The translations under genes and the position numbers were made by a program. From Bacteriovoracaceae bacterium (GTDB lineage: Bacteria; Bdellovibrionota; Bacteriovoracia; Bacteriovoracales; Bacteriovoracaceae): a stretch of 12,663 bases of DNA. The DNA is taken from the NCBI GenBank assembly GCA_041586955.1, contig JBFGZE010000088.1:1-12663 (forward strand), written 5' to 3'. The notes under the pieces are model-generated. The model was given only the letters and a program-made list of their open reading frames with translations. It was not told where the DNA came from and did no database searches. Below are positions 7,335 through 12,663 of the stretch, one piece after another. Numbering within the stretch: the stretch's first letter is position 1; the number at the start of each line of letters is the position of its first letter.

Positions 7335-7928
7335 TTAAAGGCCTTCTTTTATCGATTGGTTGGCCCAAATTTTTTTCAAGTATTCATCTCTACCTGAATT
7401 CAAGCGATAAAATTTATAAGTACGGGGATTTTTACGGTAATAATCCTGATGATATCCCTCTGCCAAATAAAAAGTCGTCGCCTCTCGGAGGACAGTTTGA
7501 ATCGGATTTTTAAAAATATTGCTCTTTTGCAATTTTTTAAGCGAATTAAGAGCAACGGCCTTTTGCTTCTCACCCAGATAAAAAATTGCAGTGGTATACT
7601 GATACCCGCGATCAACGAATTGACCGCCTCCATCGGTTGGATCAATATTGCGCCAAAAAACTGTTAATAATTGATCATAAGAAACCTTTTGGGGATCGAA
7701 GGTAACCCGAACTGCCTCTAGGTGTTGTGTCTGCCCAGAGGACACTTGTTGGTAGGTAGGGTTTTTTTGTGGGCCACCGATATAACCCACTTCTGTTTTA
7801 TTGACTCCATTAACTCCGTCAAAGGGTGGCTCCATACACCAAAAACAGCCCCCAGCAAATATCGCAGTATCAGCAAAAACACGGGGCATTAATAAGATAA
7901 AGGAAAAGACAACTGTCGCTAATTTCAT
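7335..7928 (-). CDS. msrA: Peptide-methionine (S)-S-oxide reductase MsrA, exported
   Basis: FAGGCFWCME active-site motif, GYIGG..NPTYQQV, DPTDGGGQFVDRGYQYTTAIF, FYLAEGYHQDYY; N-terminal signal peptide MKLATVVFSFILLMPRVFA; GAGG SD before ATG 7928. Confidence 0.96.
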   Translation of the reverse strand: MKLATVVFSFILLMPRVFADTAIFAGGCFWCMEPPFDGVNGVNKTEVGYIGGPQKNPTYQQVSSGQTQHLEAVRVTFDPQKVSYDQLLTVFWRNIDPTDGGGQFVDRGYQYTTAIFYLGEKQKAVALNSLKKLQKSNIFKNPIQTVLREATTFYLAEGYHQDYYRKNPRTYKFYRLNSGRDEYLKKIWANQSIKEGL

Positions 7929-8032
7929 GAAAACCTCGTTCATTTAATATGACAATAATAAGTGACGCTCAATCCACTTTCGTGACGAGGGCAATGATGA
8001 CAAAAATCCGTGATCCTGACTGGCGCAGACGA

Positions 8033-8290
8033 TTAATGATATATGGGAGCTGGGCCTTTGAATTCTTCGAATTTATCTTCAAATAAATAATTACTACGGT
8101 ACTTGATGGCCGCTTGGACCACGACATCACTATCCTTGAGGGATAATTGGCCGGGCACTTCGTTATTCAGCTCCACATTTCTTTTAAACTTTTGATCATC
8201 AATATAATGAATCACCAATTCTAATAAAGAATAGGGGCCTTCCTCACAAAGGCCTCTTGGCAGCTTTTCAGTAAATACTTGATTTTCCAT
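8033..8290 (-). CDS. Small acidic hypothetical protein (85 aa)
   Basis: ATG with upstream AGGA; same strand as neighbours, fills the gap; protein-like composition. Confidence 0.65.
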   Translation of the reverse strand: MENQVFTEKLPRGLCEEGPYSLLELVIHYIDDQKFKRNVELNNEVPGQLSLKDSDVVVQAAIKYRSNYLFEDKFEEFKGPAPIYH

Positions 8291-8477
8291 AACTAAATCA
8301 TCCTAACCGCAACCCACTCTGTCAAGAAAAGTACTTCCCCTTTCCTTTAGGTTATGGAAACCAGGAATGTAATGACTCACAAACCTTCTTACGAATCAAG
8401 ATATTGCTCAAAGCGGCCCATAAAACTGACCTAAAAATTGATTGGAAAAGAATACATCATATGGAGTGAATATCCAC

Positions 8478-8507
8478 AAAAAAGTGCCGCCATATTTAAA
8501 TTGGCAG
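8478..8507 (-). terminator. Putative intrinsic terminator of the fibre gene
   Basis: Minus strand CTGCCA-ATTTAAATA-TGGCGG stem-loop (one G-U pair) followed by CAC and TTTTTT, about 36 nt after the fibre stop codon. Confidence 0.5.
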
Positions 8508-8543
8508 AAATACAAGGTACAAGAACTGATTTTTTTTATGTAA

Positions 8544-11500
8544 TTAAAATAAATTAAGCAAACCTGTACATTTATGGCACATCCCCTTAAGAATATAGGT
8601 ATATGGAACAGTTGGTGTTGAATTGTGATCCCGCTGCACCCTGAATGTAAAGGTATCTGTGGACTGAAGGTAAGTAATTGAATCAGTAAGAATTGACCCA
8701 TTGATGGCAGAGTCATTCATCTCTTGAATTGTATTTGCCTGAAGAGTTCCATCATTATTTCGATAAAACCATAATTTATATTTTTTGGTACCGCCGTGAG
8801 CTCCTACACCATTTGTACGATGACTGGTGATTTCAAGTTCAAGATTAATCATTGCGCCAGCGGGAATATCAACTTGAAAAACATCAGTTAAAACATTGTC
8901 AGTAATGGTTTTTGTATTAATTAAAGTAATGGCCTTTGAAACATCGTCATTACCTCTAATTGCAACATCCCCCTTAACGTCTAATTTTGCAGTAGGGGCC
9001 GTCGTCCCAATCCCGACATTACCATTTGTATCAATTCTCATTCTTTCATTTCTAGTATTGCTACCAGTTGAGAAACTTACACCATCATAAGCATTAACAG
9101 AAAGGCCATCTGAACTTGTATTTGTGGTTGAATGATCATAGGCGAGAATCGAAAGATTATATTTATTAGTATCTGTAAATCCTTCCCTAAAAAAGATCCC
9201 GCTTTCGTCGCCTAGAGCAAAGGCGTCGACAAGGGCGTCCCCTTCTATATGAAGTTTTTCAACCGGAGATGTTGTCCCAACTCCAACGTTACCGTTATGG
9301 TCAACCATCGTTCCTCCAGATAACTCATCTGGAATGATCATGACATAGTCGATGTACTTATTCCCAGCGTAACCAGCGTTACCAAAAACCATATATACAT
9401 TGTCAGTTTCGGCCCAATCAGCAACAAAACTACCTCCATATAGCGTTTGGTAAGAATTAGTGACAGAAGCTGTGATATCTTTCGTGCCGAGGGGGTAACT
9501 AGCGGTAGTATTATTATAAATGGAGAAGCGAAAACCAGTGGCGCCAGCATCTTTTTTTGCTCTGATATAAACATGATACTTACGCCCTTTATTAATAAAG
9601 CCTTCAACGCTATTTCGAAGATAGATGTTCCCACCCCATCCAATTACAAATAGTCCCGCCTGTCCATAAGAAGCATCAGGGTCGGCAACATAACTCATAT
9701 TGCCCGAGGCAGTTATTCTGTCATTTTGGCCAGGATTTGCGATCAATACGGGAAGATTTGAATTGAAACTCAATCCGGATGAGGCAATAATATCGCCTGT
9801 CACTTTTATATTTCCATCCACTTCAAGCTTTTCTGTAGGGCTTATCGTCCCAACCCCTACCTCTCCAGTATCAGCGACAGTAATTCCTTTTGTTAAATCT
9901 GCTATGGTGAAAGCTCCTGGATCTAGGCCAGCGGTATTAACATTTATTCCTCTACCTCGTATTTGAACTTGCTGTCCCCAATTTCGAGCAATCGTTTTTT
10001 CAATATAAAATTCAGTTACGCCTGCATTTCCAGTTTGGTTTGTATATTTAAGATCTAAACCGATAATGCCCTTCGTCCCATCGAGAGGAGTAATCCTCGT
10101 ACTATTTGTTCCACTAGAATTTTTAATTTCTACCAGTATTCTTTTAGATACTCTGTAATCACCCTCATATATCTCAATTACCGCATGCGCGATGGAGCCA
10201 TTATAAAGTGTATTGGTTTTAAAAAGAAAGGTATCAGTATTAACGGCAAGAGGACTCCAGTAGTAGTTCTTGTAGAGAAGACCCTCGTGCTGGAAATCTC
10301 CAGCGACATCAAGGTTTGTAGTTGGTGAAAGCTTACCTACTCCCATCTTTCCATTTGCATCTATAGCTATTCTATCTAGTCCAGCATTTTGATCATATAG
10401 TCTAAATGGATAATTGCTATCTGTTATTAACCTTACCCAATTTGTTGATTGCTTAAAGTCTACACCGGCCTGACCTATCCCCGAATGCTCAAACATACCT
10501 TTGGCAGAAGTTGGATCAACAACATGAAGCGGAGCAGAGGGAGCTGTTGTTCCGACCCCGATATTTCCGGTAGGGCCAATTACCATTTGGGCAACGTCAT
10601 TCTCATTAAAAGTATAAAGGTTGGCATTACTAACAGATCCACCAGATGAAGTGGCGTTAAATTGCATAATTGCATCATTGGCCTGATAGATATCATTTAA
10701 GGAGTTGGCCGTAATTCTTCCTCCAATTCCTCGATCTCCACTTATATTTGATGAGCCAGTAAAGTCAATCTTCCCAATCTGATGGTTAGCTCCTAATGAA
10801 TCAATTCCTAAAGAGACGCCGCCAAATGTGTCAGCACTGATCTTTATAAGATCTGCAAATTCACTAGATGTATGAACTTCAAGAGTTGTGTCCGGCGAAC
10901 TTGTTCCAATCCCAATATTTCCATCTTTATCTATTCGCATTCGTTCAGTAGGAATGGCATTATTGGTCGCTGAGGTATTAAAGCCGATACTGGCATCAGA
11001 CGCCAATCCGCGAAGGATGATGGATGAAGCCGCCGCTCCCGTATCTAAGAAAACGCCATCACTTTCTCTTCTGTTTGATCCAAGCAAAATCCCCTGATTA
11101 GAGGGTGATGTATCAAAAGCAGATAAAAAGCCTCCCATTGTTCCATTATTGGCCGTAACCTCAATACCATCAATTGAAGAGGATGAGTTGACATCAAAAC
11201 GGTAACTTGGAGACGTCGTCCCAATCCCAACTTTTCCATCTTTAATAACTAAAGTATCATCATAAGCGGTACTAGAGCTTGTCGTGCCAAAACTCAAAAA
11301 ATTACTTGTATTATCCCATTTGACAAGTGATTTATTATTAGTGTCCTCTCCAAGAGCGAGTACTGCTGGTGCCGCTCCATTTCCTATGGCCAGGGCAAGT
11401 TCCGTTGACCCATAACCAAGATCAGCACCCATCTTCAAATTACCAGAAGTGTCGATTTCTGCTTTCGTTGTTCCGGCCGTTTTAAATGTAATAGATTCGC

Positions 11501-12663
11501 TTCCTGAGTTATCTGAATCTGATTCGACGATAGTAGTACCAGTTGTCGTTGTGCTCACACCCGAGGGCGTGACTTTGAAAACTTCATTTCCTGACCCATC
11601 TTTTACGAGGAAGAGATTTGCACCACTTTCTTCGTAACCAATAATCCCATTTGCTGTAGTTAAAGCATTTGTGGTGAGGGTTAAATTAAGTGCGTCCGCA
11701 ATAGCTTGAATGGTATAATTATTGCCATCAAGTTTAATCACTTGCCCAACACTAAGTTCTGTATCAAAAGCGGTTCCTGTACCAACGACAGCAGCACTCG
11801 CGCTGGTAATATCGATTGTGCCAGTAAGAGCAGCAGTGAGATCACCATTAATTTGTAGTTTTGAACTTGAAGCAGTGGTCCCTATTCCAACATTTCCATT
11901 AGAATTAATTCTAAGATGGTGAGTATCACTTCCCCCTGCCGAAAGCCCAATATGCCCGGTAACGTTATTATTTTGTATCACAAGAGAATTTGCTGTATTG
12001 ATGATTTGGTTGGGATCTATTGCGATTTTAGAGCTCCCATCATCAACAAGGAGGCCAGCTTGAGAGTAATCTGCAACACTTGGAAAACCAATCGTCCCAG
12101 TGATAAAAGATGTTAATTGAGCTGTAGGCGATGTCGTGCCAATCCCGACCTTCCCCGTTGCATCGATGGTCATTCTTTCTAGCCCATTAGTGGAAACACC
12201 AATCTCGTTGACAGTGTCCGAAAAGATGCCCGTATCGAGGTCGGTTCCAAACGTTATAGAGGGAGTCGCTGCAGTCCCATCTGCATGTTCAAGAGGTCCT
12301 GTCATAGTGACAGAGCCATCTTTCATAAAGTCGCCACCAGAGTCATTATCTGTATCACAAGCAAATCCACCGCTGCCATCAGAAGATAAAATCTGACCAA
12401 CCATACAACCTGCAGCGATGCCACTCATTTTAGTATCAGTGATGGCCTGGGCGGCCACTTTCGCTGTCACGACACCACCATCTTTAACGCGCAGATCATT
12501 TGATCCATCTATTTCTATTGTTGAATTATCAACTTCCACTTGGAGAATGGCATCGCCACTTAAAGCGCCTCCAGAAAGGCCTGAAGTAGCACCTGTTTGG
12601 ACAGATTCCATATCGGCGGCAGCTGATGGCCAACCATTACTAATCGTTTTACAATTTGCACCC
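8544..12663 (-). CDS. Large mosaic tail-fibre-like adhesin (trimeric fibre, MAT-like), 5'-partial
   Basis: Frame remains open upstream of 12611 to the window edge (GANCKTISNGWPSAAD-MESV...), giving >1370 aa. Contains CMVGQILSSDGSGGFAC, DGTAATPSITFGTDLDTGIF and nine G[NKE][VIM]G[IV]G[TK] repeats typical of phage-like fibre shafts. Confidence 0.88.
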   Translation of the reverse strand, partial: GANCKTISNGWPSAAADMESVQTGATSGLSGGALSGDAILQVEVDNSTIEIDGSNDLRVKDGGVVTAKVAAQAITDTKMSGIAAGCMVGQILSSDGSGGFACDTDNDSGGDFMKDGSVTMTGPLEHADGTAATPSITFGTDLDTGIFSDTVNEIGVSTNGLERMTIDATGKVGIGTTSPTAQLTSFITGTIGFPSVADYSQAGLLVDDGSSKIAIDPNQIINTANSLVIQNNNVTGHIGLSAGGSDTHHLRINSNGNVGIGTTASSSKLQINGDLTAALTGTIDITSASAAVVGTGTAFDTELSVGQVIKLDGNNYTIQAIADALNLTLTTNALTTANGIIGYEESGANLFLVKDGSGNEVFKVTPSGVSTTTTGTTIVESDSDNSGSESITFKTAGTTKAEIDTSGNLKMGADLGYGSTELALAIGNGAAPAVLALGEDTNNKSLVKWDNTSNFLSFGTTSSSTAYDDTLVIKDGKVGIGTTSPSYRFDVNSSSSIDGIEVTANNGTMGGFLSAFDTSPSNQGILLGSNRRESDGVFLDTGAAASSIILRGLASDASIGFNTSATNNAIPTERMRIDKDGNIGIGTSSPDTTLEVHTSSEFADLIKISADTFGGVSLGIDSLGANHQIGKIDFTGSSNISGDRGIGGRITANSLNDIYQANDAIMQFNATSSGGSVSNANLYTFNENDVAQMVIGPTGNIGVGTTAPSAPLHVVDPTSAKGMFEHSGIGQAGVDFKQSTNWVRLITDSNYPFRLYDQNAGLDRIAIDANGKMGVGKLSPTTNLDVAGDFQHEGLLYKNYYWSPLAVNTDTFLFKTNTLYNGSIAHAVIEIYEGDYRVSKRILVEIKNSSGTNSTRITPLDGTKGIIGLDLKYTNQTGNAGVTEFYIEKTIARNWGQQVQIRGRGINVNTAGLDPGAFTIADLTKGITVADTGEVGVGTISPTEKLEVDGNIKVTGDIIASSGLSFNSNLPVLIANPGQNDRITASGNMSYVADPDASYGQAGLFVIGWGGNIYLRNSVEGFINKGRKYHVYIRAKKDAGATGFRFSIYNNTTASYPLGTKDITASVTNSYQTLYGGSFVADWAETDNVYMVFGNAGYAGNKYIDYVMIIPDELSGGTMVDHNGNVGVGTTSPVEKLHIEGDALVDAFALGDESGIFFREGFTDTNKYNLSILAYDHSTTNTSSDGLSVNAYDGVSFSTGSNTRNERMRIDTNGNVGIGTTAPTAKLDVKGDVAIRGNDDVSKAITLINTKTITDNVLTDVFQVDIPAGAMINLELEITSHRTNGVGAHGGTKKYKLWFYRNNDGTLQANTIQEMNDSAINGSILTDSITYLQSTDTFTFRVQRDHNSTPTVPYTYILKGMCHKCTGLLNLF
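8995..12160 (-). repeat. Nine dispersed protein-level spacer repeats (consensus approx. ERMxIDxxGNVGIGTTSPxxKLxVxG)
   Basis: Copies near 12140 (GKVGIGTTSP), 11885 (GNVGIGTTAS), 11225 (GKVGIGTTSP), 10910 (GNIGIGTSSP), 10555 (GNIGVGTTAP), 10340 (GKMGVGKLSP), 9855 (GEVGVGTISP), 9280 (GNVGVGTTSP) and 9010 (GNVGIGTTAP); the DNA sequence is diverged between copies. Confidence 0.85.

Noticed and set aside
1484..7667. Other short overlapping ORFs in the track (e.g. 1484..1786, 2542..2883, 5117..5365, 6823..7134, 7400..7645)
   Set aside because: They are fully overlapped by well-supported genes and have no recognisable motifs.
4829..8478. Scattered near-DnaA boxes (TTATACAGA ~4829, TCTGGATAA ~6491, TTATCCAGC ~7325, ATATCCACA 8470)
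   Set aside because: They are isolated, mismatched and unclustered, as expected by chance in AT-rich DNA.
8408..8716. 102-aa minus-strand ORF overlapping the fibre end (possible frameshifted alternative C-terminus)
   Set aside because: Composition is not protein-like, it runs through the predicted terminator, and no convincing slippage signal is present.
8291..8760. Diversity-generating retroelement or invertible tip cassette at the fibre 3' end
   Set aside because: No template-repeat copy, reverse transcriptase, recombinase or flanking inverted repeats are seen in the window.
8896..12396. Multiple short plus-strand ORFs with recurring VPIPTFP motifs
   Set aside because: These are antisense reflections of the GxxGxG repeats in the fibre gene.

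Overview
AT-rich bacterial chromosomal segment. Gene content suggests a predatory Bdellovibrionota/Bacteriovoracia-like organism, which is an inference from the fibre gene type and not certain. From left to right: (1) a minus-strand gene absent from the supplied ORF track because it runs off the left edge, encoding a highly divergent DnaA paralog. It keeps Walker A, the Arg finger and the DNA-binding domain IV, but has degenerate Walker B/sensor I/sensor II, no domain I, and a possible sliding-clamp-binding motif at the N-terminus. It is preceded by a sigma70-like promoter containing a palindromic operator and by a small upstream ORF. (2) A single-domain CheY-like receiver. (3) A secreted hypothetical protein. 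(4) Outer-membrane phospholipase A (pldA) with Asp at the position of the E. coli catalytic-triad Asn. (5) A minus-strand run of genes: secreted beta-propeller-like protein, Cys-rich DUF6901-like protein, membrane histidine kinase, Cys-rich lipoprotein, exported MsrA and a small hypothetical protein. (6) The 3' ~4.1 kb of a large mosaic phage-tail-fibre-like adhesin with nine GxxGxG spacer repeats separating unrelated modules. No RNA genes, CRISPR arrays or mobile elements were recognised. The most notable item is the DnaA/Hda-hybrid-like protein.
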